Below are positions 14,368 to 27,755 of a stretch of 64,000 bases of DNA, in pieces. Source of the DNA: Tubiluchus corallicola (taxonomy: Eukaryota; Animalia; Priapulida); assembly GCA_030141605.1 (NCBI GenBank), contig JAQGDQ010000406.1:58464-122463 (forward strand). The letters are read 5' to 3'. Both the position numbers and the translations under genes were made by a program. Numbering within the stretch: position 1 is the stretch's first letter; each line of letters begins with the position of its first letter. Under the pieces are notes generated by a model. The model was not told the origin of the DNA and made no database searches. It worked only from the letters and a program-made list of their open reading frames with translations.

Positions 14368-15160
14368 GGTACATGGATAAAATGGCACAGGAAAAAAGGG
14401 CACAAATAGAAAAATAGAAAGAAATGGCATACTTATAAAACATGAGTTTAGGGTTATGTTTATTGTGGGGATAATTATTTCAGTTTATTTTATTTTTTGT
14501 CGGTTATACAGTGCAAGTCGGTCACGCAAAATCTACTTAACAGATTAACAGAGGCCTCAGAGGAAGTATTATATAAATCTATGGAAAGAGGAGAATTTGG
14601 GTTCAAGATAGGGTAATTCTTTTTATTATCTCCACAAGGGAAAACAACTTCCAGTTAGTTCAGTTTCTATTTAGAGAAATTCTTGCTTGGAAAACTGTAA
14701 CACTGTCTATAACTTAAGTTTGCTCATACATGAATACAGCCTTTGAAGCTAACTTAGTAAGTAAATATGATTCCATCTTATATGAAGGCCAAATAGTTAA
14801 GGAAATATAGACAAAGAACTATGTGGAATGCATTATTGATTATAATTCAATTTAATGAGAAAAATATTTTGTCTTTGTTTATATAATTATTATATTGATA
14901 TATTTTTGTACATTTGCTTGTTTATCTTTGTTTTATGTTTTTTTCTATCAAGAGAATCAGATTAACATGTTTAAGATTTTTTGACCTTGGCAGACAGCTG
15001 CTTCCTACTGAGCGCATTCTTGTTCGTTCATAGAAATTGTTTGCACCAAAATAGCATGTGCCACTTTTCCGACTTTCCACTTCTGCTATTTTTCCTGTGT
15101 CATTTTTAACTGTGGCACTTTTACTGTGTCATTTTAAATGTGCTATTTTTATCCATATTC
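14368..15160. mobile_element. Non-autonomous DNA element with inverted subterminal repeat arrays
   Basis: Left end atggataaaatggcacaggaaaaaagggcaca mirrors right end ...tttttcctgtgtcattttt...tgtgctatttttatccat. Confidence 0.55.
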
Positions 15161-16762
15161 TAATTAACAACTAACAAGAAAACAACTTAATGATTTTAAT
15201 GACAGAAATGGGCGAGTAAAATACCTGAATTACGTACTTCCAAAGTCAGCTCTTTATTTAACAACGAAATATTAAAATATTTTAAAAATTTTTTAGCTGA
15301 CATCTGACTAATTTACTCACTTCAGTTCCTCATCTAACCACAAATGATGTAAGATTTAAATAATACTGTATTGCCTGAAAGCACTTCAGTTAAATATTTT
15401 ATCTAGATAGCTAGCGTTTATCAGCTAGCATAACAGGTACAGCTGCTAACTCTGTCCCGAGGTGAACGTCCCGTAACACTCCACGAGCCCAAGCATTCAA
15501 ACCGGGTCATATTTTTATTCATCACCGCCGCAAGTCAGTTGTTGAAATGACAGGAATGTCAAAAATTGTTACACTCAAAACAATATAACATATAAGCAAG
15601 TGAAATTTGTTTCCGGATATTACGCATACAGAAAAAATAAGGACAGTTTTAAACAACTCGATTACTTTGTATTCAGAAGCAAAGAGTAGCTTTATCTACA
15701 CTACAGTAGCTGCATACAATCATTATAAACAGATTACAAGAAATTGCAGCTAGTGACCAAATAGCGCACAAAGCCAAAAGTAAAGAGCCGACGAAAAGAC
15801 AATAAAAAAACAAAATATAAGTAAAACAGATAAAGGTAAAAAATACAAAAGCAAATAAGGCAACGGTTAGGGCAGGTTCCGTAGTTTAAGAAAAGAAAAG
15901 TTAACAAAAACTAAAATAAAAAACGCAAGCGGTTAAAGGCAATAGACGAAAAAGTCAAATACACAAGATAAGACAAAATCCTATAAAGCCAAGAGTAAAA
16001 AAGGCAACAGAAAAATCGAAAAGTGAAAAAGAGAAAAAAGCAACAGTAAAATAAAAACATGAAGAAGACATAATAGACTGAGGCAAAGAAAAAAGGACAA
16101 AGTTAAAAAGGCAAAGTAAAAAACAAAATAGGTAATCAAGAAAACACCAAGGTATATAAAAACAAAACTAAGGTAAAAAGCAACGTAAACAGTCACTTAT
16201 TGTTTTAGCAAACGGGTAGACCGGTGACCAGACCAGGAAGATCTTTTGGATTAACAAAAGAATGCCAAAGAATATGTCTATTCAGCGATTTGAATTGAAA
16301 TTGAAATATAAACCTGAATGATGCACGTAAACGGAAAAGAGTGTCGAACGACAGTCATTCAGTTGTGGCAAGACTTAACTTCTGGTACGACTTATGTTAA
16401 TTTAGGTTTGAGTTAGCAAGGTTCACTAAGGACTCACTGGGACTTCCAAGGGTTCGCTGATTCAAATGTTCAGAACTTTAAATGAACGTTTAAACCAGGT
16501 ATGTGGATTTTTTGACAGAGACATTTAGACACATACTATTCTGCCACAGAACATTTGAACACAGGGTATTTGGGCACATGTGACATTAGGATAGAAGACA
16601 TATGGACACCTAGGGTATTAGAAAAAGTAGTTGAGACATTTCGATACGTACAGATTCGAGACACAAAACATCTGGACACAGGATATTTGAACAATTGTGA
16701 CACTTGGACACATAGGACATCTGCACGTAATATGTTTGAACACATAATTATGACATTTGGAC

Positions 16763-18511
16763 CAGTGACGGCTAGTGTTTAAGTACTGTGGCACTGCAGT
16801 ACCCCCTATTTTCACTAAATATAATCGATAGTATTCACTATAATGAGTTTTTTCTTTGTTATTTTCTTTATACTTGTACTAAACCAGAGCCACGTAAGGG
16901 AAGTACTGTTTGCTTCACAGCCCAGCAAAGTGCACCCACAGCTCCAGCAACTTGATGTTTGGCTGTTGTGCGGATGCCGCCATGCACACATGTCTAATAT
17001 AATGAGGCAAGACGCTGTACGCTGCACTGCTAGCGTCTGCTGCTAGGTAGAGAAAGTACTGTCGCTCACACAGTTTGTTGTCAGCTGTCACGTGATTACC
17101 ATGTACCGTCATATTCTTGGATTTGATAAGTGTAGACTCAACGTGTGTGCTTAAAATATAAATAATTTAATCATGGCCACCTTGCATCCCAAGAAATTCG
17201 TATAGCACAGCGGTTAAGTGCAAAATATCATGAAATTGTACAAAAGATGATAAAGCAAGATGATAAAATTTTCTACAGTGAGTCTTTAGACATGATGGAA
17301 CATTTTTAGATAGGGAACCACCTTGACATGATGTTTTGGACACAAAGGAGGTCAAAGAGGAATTAGAAATAGCTGCAGTTAGAAAGAAATGTTGAAAGAA
17401 TGGGCCAGGAACAATATGATCAGTTGGTAAAGGAGAAGTTTTTTGATTGCAAAAACTCTGTCACCGATGCTATACCAAAAAACAAATTACATGTACATTT
17501 AGCATTCTGCCCCAAAAAACACAATAAAAGGAAAATATCAAATGGGTTCACTAAAAAGGGACTGCAACCTCTTTCCAGGCTTTATGATGCTTGTCAAAAC
17601 AGAAAAAGTGATCAGGATAGGTTTATTGTGCACATGGCAACAGTAAGGTGCAGCCATCATTATCACAAGCTGGCATGCTTAGACTAGCAAATAAAGCAGC
17701 TCTCTTGACATGCTTCAAACGTGGAGACGTGAAGATAATTTTACCTCTTGCACTTACTCTGTCATTGATGTTAAAATGTTAGGTGGTCCAGCAGTGGTGC
17801 TTAATCATGGTGCAGCAAGTAAGCTGCTGAGCAAGAGATTGCTCTTCAAATCTCACAGGTCCAAACATGCTGTCGAATAGGCATAGTTCGGGACACATAT
17901 CTCCGATAGCCTTAAAGCTTGTACACGAGAAAGACGAGGCTTTGGCACATGGCGAAGGGTGCAGCCATCTGCACTGTTCCCAAGCAATTAAAACAATTCC
18001 TATGTGCAGATGAGAATAAGAACGAACTCTTCACATTTTTGTCACAGAAAATAGTGACACTTGCAGCAGCAAATGGGAAACAAGCGGTAGCCCATGTAAA
18101 CATCTTTAAAACCGAAGAAATGTGTGTAGCACTTGGAAGAAGGGTCAAACTTATTTTAATTTAAATAATGCCCTAATGCTTTGTTTTCTCATTGTGTCAC
18201 AGTGTTTTGTGTGTGAACCATTGTTTGTAAAATACATTCCTAGGTATTTCATATGTTTTTCTGTTTTTAATAATGCATTGCCAAGATAAAAGTGAATATT
18301 CAATGTTTTACTGGATGGTTTGTTGCCAAAGGTAAAGATTCTCCGAAAGCACGATGTTATAATAATTACATCCACTAGTAAGATTGTTTGTTTAAAATTA
18401 CAATTACAAATTACAACATTAAAATTACATATGTTTGTTTCATTTTACACAGTATTAAAACAATGGATAAGTTTTCTGAAGCAGCAACCCAACTAATTTT
18501 AGCCATGAGCT
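16763..18511 (+). mobile_element. Academ-like DNA transposon deletion derivative with transposase/XPG-like remnants
   Basis: Both ends match, in reverse complement, the TIR MITE at 60511-61041. Internal peptides: GQEQYDQLVKE..SVTDAIPKNKL, LSRLYDACQNR, RI.IV.DTY..DSLK..TRERRG, QFLCADENKNELFTFLSQKI. Confidence 0.55.
18151..18385 (-). mobile_element. LINE ORF2 fragment nested in the Academ-like element
   Basis: MKYLGMYFTNNGS.TKHCD..RKQSIRALFKL, the post-RT KYLG motif. Confidence 0.65.
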
Positions 18512-18765
18512 GGATTTGGACACTTATGACATATGGACAGACAAGATATTTGTACACAAGGCATTTACTCAAATGAGACATAAAAAACAACCACCGAGGA
18601 AGCAAAAGAAAGTATCCAGATGCATACTTTGGGGGATACAAAATTGAAACCAGAGAGAAAAACAGACAGCCTACGTTGCTATTGTCGAGTGTGTTTTGAC
18701 TAATTAACTTTGTCGTGCTCAATCACTAAAATTAAACTCATGCTTCGTCTATCATTTTTTATTAC

Positions 18766-18830
18766 CTCTGCCTCAATTGTTTTTGTTTTTTGCCGTTAAT
18801 TACTCTACCTTTTACTGTCCCTTTTTCCAT
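18766..18830 (-). CDS. Candidate alternative first coding exon (MEKGTVKGRVINGKKQKQLRQ-R)
   Basis: Ends GGCAGAG|gtaat in phase 2, in frame with the acceptor at 7920. Confidence 0.3.
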
Positions 18831-20514
18831 AGTCTTTTTACACTTATCTTTATTACAAAATCGATCGACGACGACTCTCCTCAGGTCCGTACACATACTG
18901 AACAAAAATGTTATACGCCGTGTCCTATAGTATAAGCAGATTACTGAACTAACTGACAGGCATTGTCTCTCTTTGAAAGAGAAGAATGCATCTAAAAGGA
19001 TGAAATTGTCAGCGACCATTTAAGCTCATTTAAAATCGTCTGTAACTACTTGGAACGTATAAAACAAGTTCAAACACAACTTCAAGGAAGCAAGATTTTG
19101 TATGGAAGCCGACTCAGCTGCCTGCAAAACTACAGTAGGCAATGAAAAAGATTCATGCAAGAAGTGTGTACAAATACTCTTGGGGCTACAGCAAAAACAA
19201 AATTAATTCATCAAAACCGAAAAAAATGTTATAATTACGGCCTGTCATCAGTGGTTTACCTTATTTCACTCCGGTATAGCAAGACTAGTTTCACAAAGTT
19301 AAAAGAAAACTCATTTGCATCAAGTGTCATCAAAAATATCTTCAACACGAACAAGACAGAACAGAAAATGTACATCAAAAAACTATCTATTTTGGTTTAC
19401 TCAAGATTTTGTTCTAGGATAACATCATAAGCATACTGCAAAGACTATTAGGCATTTATGACAGACTTTCAAAAACAACTTTCATGAACATCAAAAACAT
19501 CACAGAAATTGGAAGTACCTTAAATCGCAGCAGCGCTTTACCAAAGCACAAATAATTACATATGCAGGTATGGAAATGTTGTGTAACTTGCATTGTGATT
19601 AGGACGTTTGCCAGCGGTGCGCGGTAAAAATGGCACGGCAAAAAATATGAAAAATAGCATGTTATTTTAATGCAATGGATTTCTGTAATAAAACTAGAAC
19701 GCATTCACTAGGAAACAGGCATTTCCTCCAATGCCAAGCAATCTTAAGCTTATTCGTCTGATTTTTATTAAAAAAATGTAAAACAAAGATGAATAAGCAA
19801 ACATACAAAAATACACTTGTACTGGTATTACACCGACATTTCCTTCATTAAATAGATTTAAAATCAATAATGCGCGAATATTCCACTTACTGTTTATCTA
19901 CCTTTTTAAACGTTAATTTTGGTGATGGCAACAGACTGACAAAAACATATTCATACCAAATCACCAACAAGGCTACATACATTAACAAGTAAAAGCTATA
20001 AACAGCGCTACACAATTTTACAAGCGAGAATTTCTCGAAATGGCTCCTTGAACTAACTCGTAGTTATTTGTCCAGGTGGAAATACTCCGATACCTCCACG
20101 AAGAGTTTCTTGAATGTTTTTGTACGTTTTGTACGAATGGTATTCGATCAAATTTTGCCGAAAAGAAATTGGTGAAAAAAAAACATTTTCTACAGAGGTA
20201 CATAGAAATCTGTTAAGTAGTTTTTGAAAAACAAACAAACATACTGTGTTGAAACTTGAAGCTTTGTATATCGCTGATATCTAATGATAAACATTTAATA
20301 CACGGTCTGTACGAATCTCAATAAACAGTTTCGTCTTTAATGTTGACTTCACTGAATTTGTAACACAGTCAATTAACATTTTATCTAACTGTTTATTCAA
20401 CAGTTTAGTCGTAATAAGCACACACAAATCAGTAGTAAGTTTTAAAAACTTATTATCATATCATACATAGTTTAGTATGGTTTCTCATTGCTGAACTGTA
20501 AAAATTTTAATTAC

Positions 20515-20543
20515 CTCTGCCCCAGTCTGATTAGGATCTCCAT
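20515..20543 (-). CDS. Candidate alternative first coding exon (MEILIRLGQ-R)
   Basis: Ends GGCAGAG|gtaat in phase 2, in frame with the acceptor at 7920. Confidence 0.3.
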
Positions 20544-21443
20544 TGGAGTTGAAACGACGCGATGAATACACATTCTAGTTGTGCACAAACATTCACAGCT
20601 AATCCGAACCACACGTATTCGTTCACTTGTTAGTAGCACTTTTGCAATTATTGTGGCAAATTTTACGCAATTACATAAAAAAAACACAATACTACTACTT
20701 AAATTATTACCGAACAAACCTATGCAAAAGCGACGCAGGCTCAAGGTCATTGCATTACGTCGCATATAGACATACCCTGAAAGTTAATATCCACGGCCTT
20801 AGTACACCTAAAATCAGAGAAGTGGAACGCCAAAACCAGTTCTGAAATTGTGAACTCAGAGGGCAATAAGAATACAATGAACCCTGTACAATCATGATTT
20901 GCCTTGGCTGGAGTAACAAATGTTTCTGCAACATACCGAGTGTGAAATTAACTCAGCAAAAACCTAACAGTGACTCGTATTCACAAAAAATATATAAATA
21001 CGTTATGGTTATGCGTACACAAGACTGTATCGCCCTGACTGACACTGACTGAAACTTGACACCGCCGCCACTGTGCTAGACAGGCCAAGATTTTACCTTC
21101 TACTGTAGCACTTTACACTGAATTACAGCTGCTTAGTTGTGTTGATGATAGGTCAATATATTTCATCCTGGTGAAGGTGTTTATAATATCTATTCAGACT
21201 ACCCAAATTCTGAACTCCTGTTTAGTAAACCTCACACTCAATGTTCAGTATTGAAATGTTTTTATTAATTTGATATGTATGTGTTATAACCATAAATAAA
21301 AGAGAAAATGATTGGAATTATGGCTGTATTCCAATTTAAAGAGCAGCGCCATTCCAATTCCAAGTTAAGGTGCACTGCTTAAAAGAACACCAAACCAAAG
21401 CGTTGTAACAGGCATAGATGTTAATTAGTTACTCAACATAACA

Positions 21444-24400
21444 TTCTTCCCTCCTAAGAATTTGGTAACATTTAAAGCTACAATATCAATTATAAGTGTT
21501 ATCAAATTGAACCAGACAAACTGTTCAAAGTTAACAGAATTAACTCGGAAACTAAACAAAATTTAGTACAGTTAGTTTAAGTTACTTACATAAAAGGGAT
21601 TTGATAAGCAGTATACTGATTCACTGAATGTAATGTTAAATGTTCGATAAAGTTACATCAAATTCAGTTCACTACAATTAATCACAATAGCGTGCTGGCA
21701 TTTTCCCTTTGTTTGCTCTAGAAGACCTCCTTACAGATTCTACTTCTTCACTGTCATGTGCAATTTCTGTAATCTCTTCCTTCCCACTAGTAAGAACTTC
21801 ATCCATCTTTGTATTAAGTATATCCTCATTTGAGACTGCTTCTGTGTCTACAATATTATGGGAATTCACAGGTTCCATGACCAGTTTTCTTTGAGGTTCT
21901 TCATTCTCTCCATCTATCACTGCTCTGCCACTTTCATCAACCTTTCCGCATGGTGCTAAGTCTTTAATAGATACAGTGCTTTCCCGGCCATCACGATATC
22001 GCATATGTGCATATTGGGGATTTGCTTCAATTAAATCTACCATATCCACTAGAGGATCAGACTTGAAGGTTCTAACAAATCGTCTTAACAGTACCGGTCC
22101 AGGAGAAGTGAGCCAGCTGGGCACAGAACCTCCACTAGCTGATCTGCGAGCAAAATTAAAAAACAATTCATGTGGGGTGGCATTAGTGGACGTACACAGT
22201 AATGACCGAATTGCATGTAATGCTTCTGGCAAAACAATCTCCCAAGCTTCGATGTCTAAATTCTTGGATTCCAGTGCTAACTGTATCGACTTCCATATTA
22301 TTCCATTGTATTTTTCACATTGCCCATTACCACGTGGATTATATGGAGTTGTGCGGCTAGTTGCAATTCCCCTGGAGTGCAGAAATTCTCGAACTTCTGC
22401 TTACAGAAAAATAGCACCTCAATCCGAATGTATGTAAGCTACACATCAACAAAATGAAAAAATTTGACTAAGACCCTGTATTACAGTCTGAGCAGATAAA
22501 TCTGCACACAGTATGGCAAATAGAAATCGGCTATACTCATCCACTACAGTTAGAAAATATTTGTTTGAGGTGCTACTGGGCACAGGACCTTTAAAGTCAA
22601 TGTTCAACCTTTCCATTGGCCACACAGCTTTAATAAGAGTTGCTCGTTCAGGCTTCACGAATCTAGGTTTCAATTTACAACATGCTGGACACTGAAAAGT
22701 GATTTTACGAATTTCATCCAAAGTATAAGGTAACTTTTTGGTTCTCACAAAATGGTACAGCCTAGTAGCTCCTGGGTGACATAAAGCATCATGCAAAGTT
22801 TTTAAATAATTCAAATATGAAAATGTAGTTGCGCATCTGGAAAGTGCATCTGGGGCTTCATTATTTTTGCACCAATGCCGAGCATTTTTCACGGCGCCAT
22901 CAATTATGATCCATAACTGATCATCTGGATGGGGCAAAGTGATAGAAGTGTTTGTTGCAAGTGCTTTTTGGGCTGAAAGGAAACAGGTTCTTTGGTCATC
23001 AGACCAGACAATGTTTTCATGCGAAGCTCTTCCAGCTGCAATAGAGTTCAAGGGTGCTATGATGGAGGCACGATGAGATATTACTTAAGCAAGTACCTTA
23101 TAGGCTCCTATAAAAGACCATAAACCATTAATGGTGTTTGGAAGAGAACAAGTAGCCAAGGTAGCAATACGGAGAGCACTTGCTTGTAAGGTACCCTGAT
23201 GCCACTCCCATCCAAGGATAGTAGTAGACTTGGGTGCTATAATTGTTTTTTTGCAGACAGCTTTAGGTTGAATTTATTCATCGCAATGAGAACTCTTCTC
23301 CAATTCAGCAAGAGTGAGTTTTGCATGTCTGCCCCACAGTAAAGATCATCGGCGACCTTGGTTACAATCCCTTCTGCAAGTAAATCGCCAAGTACATGGC
23401 ACATTAGCTCCTCTAAAGCCATTTCTGAGCCCGGCATACCCATGGCACATCTGGCATAGACACGAGTACCATGGTACAGTGTAACAATGTCACAATAATT
23501 CATTGATTCCTGAGACAAGGGAATCTGATAGAAAGCACTTGTGAGGTCTGACTTTATAATGTACCTCCATTGAGCGATAAGGCGGAGGACTGATTTACGT
23601 ACGGCATAAGTGCTGGTTGTGGTTTACTATACTGAGCAACTTCAGTAAAAGCAGTGACAAGGCATGAACCACCTTGGGGTTTGTCCACGAGGAAAGAGGG
23701 GTTAAGATACTCGACTGTGATAGCAACATATTCAGGGCGAACAATGACTTTAAGGGCTTCAAGGTCATTGAATTTCTGTTGCAATTCCAGAAGTCTGTTT
23801 TTAGAATACTGTGGGACCTTTTCATTGGGGTAGTTGTACAGGGCCCATATTGACAACTGCTTGAAAAGGTCCTGCAGCCTCATTCTAACCAGTAAAGTTT
23901 AGATCAAATACAGAATCAAACTCATATAAGAGTGATGCAAAGTCTGCATGGACAGATTTGTCTAGCTGGTTGTCCGGATCCAACTCGACAGAAGATGAGT
24001 GAGCTGCTTGAACAGATGTGCTGTAACAGATAAGGATGGAAACTCAAAAGATGACTGAGTAGGTGTATAAGTGGCAGATATTTGACAGAAATGCTCATGC
24101 TTCTTCAGAGTTTGAGGCCTATCTGTAGTATCAGAGATGTGCACAGTGCCAGCTTTTTTTTTTATACTAGCACCCAATCGCTTAGCAGTGCACTGCTTAA
24201 TCACATTACCAGTGGCACCACTGTCTAAGAGAAGCCATGCTGTGTGATGCTTGTGAAAAACATCAAGAAAGGGAGATTGACAAATTTGTACTCGACGGGT
24301 GGTGAAGCAGTCGGGCAAATTAATGGGCACGCGTGTTTCAGCAATGTCCTCCCTGAGATCAAGCACTTGTAGTTCATCTACGTGCTCTTCATTCACTTTA

Positions 24401-25483
24401 GCAATCAAGCGAGCACGAGCTAAATATTTACGATCATGGTCAGATAGGTAAATACATTTACTTAAAAAGTGGTTTATGTTGCTTCTGCCCGCTTGTTTAC
24501 ACAAGGGGCATGTGCGAGGAGCTTTGGGTATGCTTGTACTAGATTTACCAAGAGATGAGGATTTCGCAAATAGTTTTGTATATGCCCGCATAGTTCTTGC
24601 ATCCTCGGTAGCATGAATTTCATCTGCTAGTGAACTGAGGGCCTGAGAGATCTCTGGTTTGATTGATACAAGGGTGCGTGTACGTAATTCGGTTCCGTAA
24701 CCCTGCTTCACTAACTTTGGTAGATCCTTATGGATAAGTTGTAGCCAGATCAAAACAATAAAATTTTCTAGAGAGGGGGAGAGCTCCTCATCCTCAGTAG
24801 TTTCTACACCATGATGGTTGATGCCCCCTCCACTCTTGAGTAAATTATCCTCAACAAGGGCCATGATTCTCTGATATAAATCTTCTGGACGCTCAAGGGG
24901 ATCGAGTTTTATGTCCGAAAAATCCAAAAAATGAGCACCTGTAGACTGAAAACCAAAATGAAGTCGAATGGTTTGCCAAATTTGTTCTAAGCAGGTAGAA
25001 CTTTTCACAATTGTGTTACGTGATACAGCAGGACAGTAGTTTGCAATTTGACCAAGTATTAACTCTAAAACAGTTGCCTTTTGTTCAGCAGTCCTGCGCT
25101 GGTCTAGAGGTACATCATTGTCATCACTAGTCAAACCCCGCAAAGGAGTATCTCTAGTCTTTTTTTTGCCAGGAGACGCCAGATACCATGAACGGTGCAA
25201 ACTGAGCATCTAGCAAAAGTGTGTACACTAAGTTTTGATGCCAATTTTCAAAGGATGTAATAGTCTCTGTTTTAGACACACACCACTGCTTGGGTGCACG
25301 ATGTGTAGTTGCCATAATTTGACTTTACAATAACCCACATTATCAAATAAACTACACGAAGCCAGGAACTTAAATTCCTGGATAGCTGGCCACTATCATG
25401 CAGGTATCTGCTGCAACACGCTTACCACTCGTTGATCTCGTCTACGGTAGGCTGGGTGATGTAAATACGCTGCCGCAATGCCA
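21444..25483 (-). mobile_element. Decayed Ty3/Gypsy LTR retrotransposon internal region (gag-protease-RT-integrase; RNase H missing)
   Basis: gag ATG at 25315 (MATTHRAPKQW), protease LLDSGATGN, RT ([28 protein letters not shown]), integrase HHCC (LHDALCHPG..CPAC) with IDFKGP..VVDEYSRF and TTPYNPRGNGQCE. PBS-like TGGCATTGCGGCAGCG at 25468-25483; PPT AGGAGGGAAGAA|TG at 21444-21455. Many stops and frameshifts. Confidence 0.92.
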
Positions 25484-25899
25484 GTAAAAGGGAAACAGCA
25501 AATTCCAACAGCTAAAATGCAGTTTATTTTAAACGAACTCGACAAGAAAATACTAGGTTATAGTAAAAGGTCTAGTTAATTAGATCACTATCGTCGAGAT
25601 GATCTCCTTGACCACGACGCACTGCCTAACTCTCATTCGTCGTCATCATCTTATATTCTGCACTGTTAACGCAAACGCAACCAATAACATTGGCGTTGTT
25701 ATAAAAGTAACTTCGGTATGCCGAAGATTCACCAAACCTTTAGTGATTACAACAAATGTTTACCGGACTGGATTTCTAGACTGATATTCTGTGGAAACAT
25801 TTGGTGAACCGAGTATTCGGTACATATCTATCTATCAGCGCATATCAGTTCCATGTTTTCTTTTTTGAAACCAAATTGATGATCAGATGCACCTAAATT

Positions 25900-26850
25900 A
25901 CCCATAAATTTCTGTAAAATGACTTATTAGTTACAATGGAAGAAGCTATAGTTACCACAGCTACACTGAAAGATTTGTTTTTAATACAGTACGTATAGAA
26001 CCAGCAAACGAGCTTGGCATATAATGATGCTTGAAGAAGGCAGTGAATAACAGGGCCAGTAATACATTTAACTTCTTATGTGCATTTAACACATGTTCAG
26101 GAGAAATTCATCAGCATCAGTAGTTTTACTGTCTTAAAATCATTAATCTACTATTATGTGTGGAATTCAATAGGTTACTATAGCAGTTCCTCCACATGTT
26201 AGTGATGCCAGTTTCCCCACGAGCAGTGCCAACTTGCGCATGTAAAGGTATATTATCATTATTATAATGCCCTTTTTATTCCAAAAGTGAAGAGCTCTCA
26301 TTTGATAGACTATAAGCAAAACTGTCACGCCGAATTTTACTTGCATTAGCATGACAATGCCTTAATGCAAGTTTAGACCGCAATCTTTTCCTTTCCTCAA
26401 ATCTGACCCCATATCGAGCACAATTTTGTATTTCCACAAAAGAAAAATATATCTGGAGTAAGAATATTTTTCTTTTACAAACTTGCTCCAGCCCGGAACA
26501 GGATGAAAATCGTTGCGGTCCATATTACTGTCATTCAAACATTTTTGGTCACAACTGGCACAGGCAAAAAGCAATACTGCAATAATAAATTTAGAACAAA
26601 ATGAATATAGAATATTCTGATGAATATATGCATTATAACAACAGCCACTGCATGCAACATCAGGGGGTATCACGACAGAATCCAAATTAAAGGCATATAT
26701 ATATGAAAAAGCTTGAATTTGATTTGGGTAACCTTTCACCGATCAGCATGTTTAATATTAGAACTGCCACTAAGCCCATAAACTACCAATACATCATTGC
26801 TGGTAAGAGGTCCTACAGCAAGATCATAAGCAGAAGAAAACAAGTTCCAT
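25900..26850 (-). mobile_element. Decayed LINE ORF2 fragment (between endonuclease and RT)
   Basis: PVPGWSKFVKEKYSYSRYIFLLWK motif plus an SDH-like remnant; heavily decayed. Confidence 0.5.
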
Positions 26851-27071
26851 GTTTAGTACACAGATAACAGGAAAATGATCATAAGTGTTCAAGGTTTATA
26901 AATAATTTATAAATTATTCATAAATAATTGAATGCTTGCACAACAAAACCATCTGGAAGTCGGCAATTAAGATTTTTTTAGTGTATGTGGAAGTTGTCAT
27001 AATTACAGTGGAAAAACTATTTTATTTATCTCAAAAGTTATACTAAAACTAGTAAAAGAATAACTACTTAA

Positions 27072-27755
27072 TGTGGCGCTATTACACTTTTGCACCGCCT
27101 AGCTTTTCCTGGCCTATTGGTTCTTTTCACGCCTGCAGGCCAGAAAGCAGACCAACAGGCATAATATACACCATATTCCCATAATATTATTGCTTCTTAC
27201 GCTTTATAATTCCAGATTAAAATCATACATTACTTACCGTCGCCATTACGCAAAAAGCTCCACGTGAATAACCGTGTTTACACTACTAATGCGCAATCGC
27301 TCTCGCGCAGTGACGTATGTGGCCCTTAACCTGTATTTTTAGTTTTTTTGCATAATTTATGATTATTATGGTTGCAGCCACGGGAGTTTGTATCGTATTA
27401 CAGTGTTCCCACATATTAGATTATAAAAGTAAAGGTTTTTTCTTTATTTCGTAAATGCAATTAAGATGAAAGTGTGTCACGTGCCTTTTAAGCTAGGCCC
27501 TGATAATGCTTAAACTAGTACGAAATTCGTCACGTGACTACACACACAAACAAGATGGCGATACGCCCTGTATAGGTGTACAACTGTGAATACAGCGTAA
27601 TTATTGGTAATTATACCTAAATATATGATTAAATTACAATTAGATTAGCGGAAACATTCACTGATGACGTAAGAATAATAGAATGATGACGTACGAGCCT
27701 AGAAACGAGTAATAACCAAGAAAAAGCTAGGCGGTGCGAAAGTGTAATAGCGCCC
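27072..27755. mobile_element. MITE with ~35-bp TIRs and TTAA target (Kolobok/piggyBac-type target)
   Basis: ttaa|tgtggcgctattacacttttgcaccgcctagctttt ... aaaagctaggcggtgcgaaagtgtaatagcgccc|ttaa. Confidence 0.8.

Larger units (their letters stand above)
16500..18570. repeat. GGACAC/GACAT short-motif repeat element, split by the Academ-like insertion
   Basis: Repeated ggacac/gacattt motifs at 16500-16760 resume at 18512-18570. Confidence 0.45.

Noticed and set aside
15450-15515. Possible tRNA-SINE fragment on the minus strand (B-box-like ggtttgaatgc)
   Set aside because: No A box, cloverleaf or TSD visible; too short to support.
15770-16200. Hydrophobic 71-aa membrane-like ORF at 15981-16196
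   Set aside because: Reverse complement of an A-rich low-complexity repeat.
25484-25760. Matched LTR pair for the Gypsy element
   Set aside because: No visible similarity to the sequence beyond the PPT (below 21443), so the LTRs could not be delimited.
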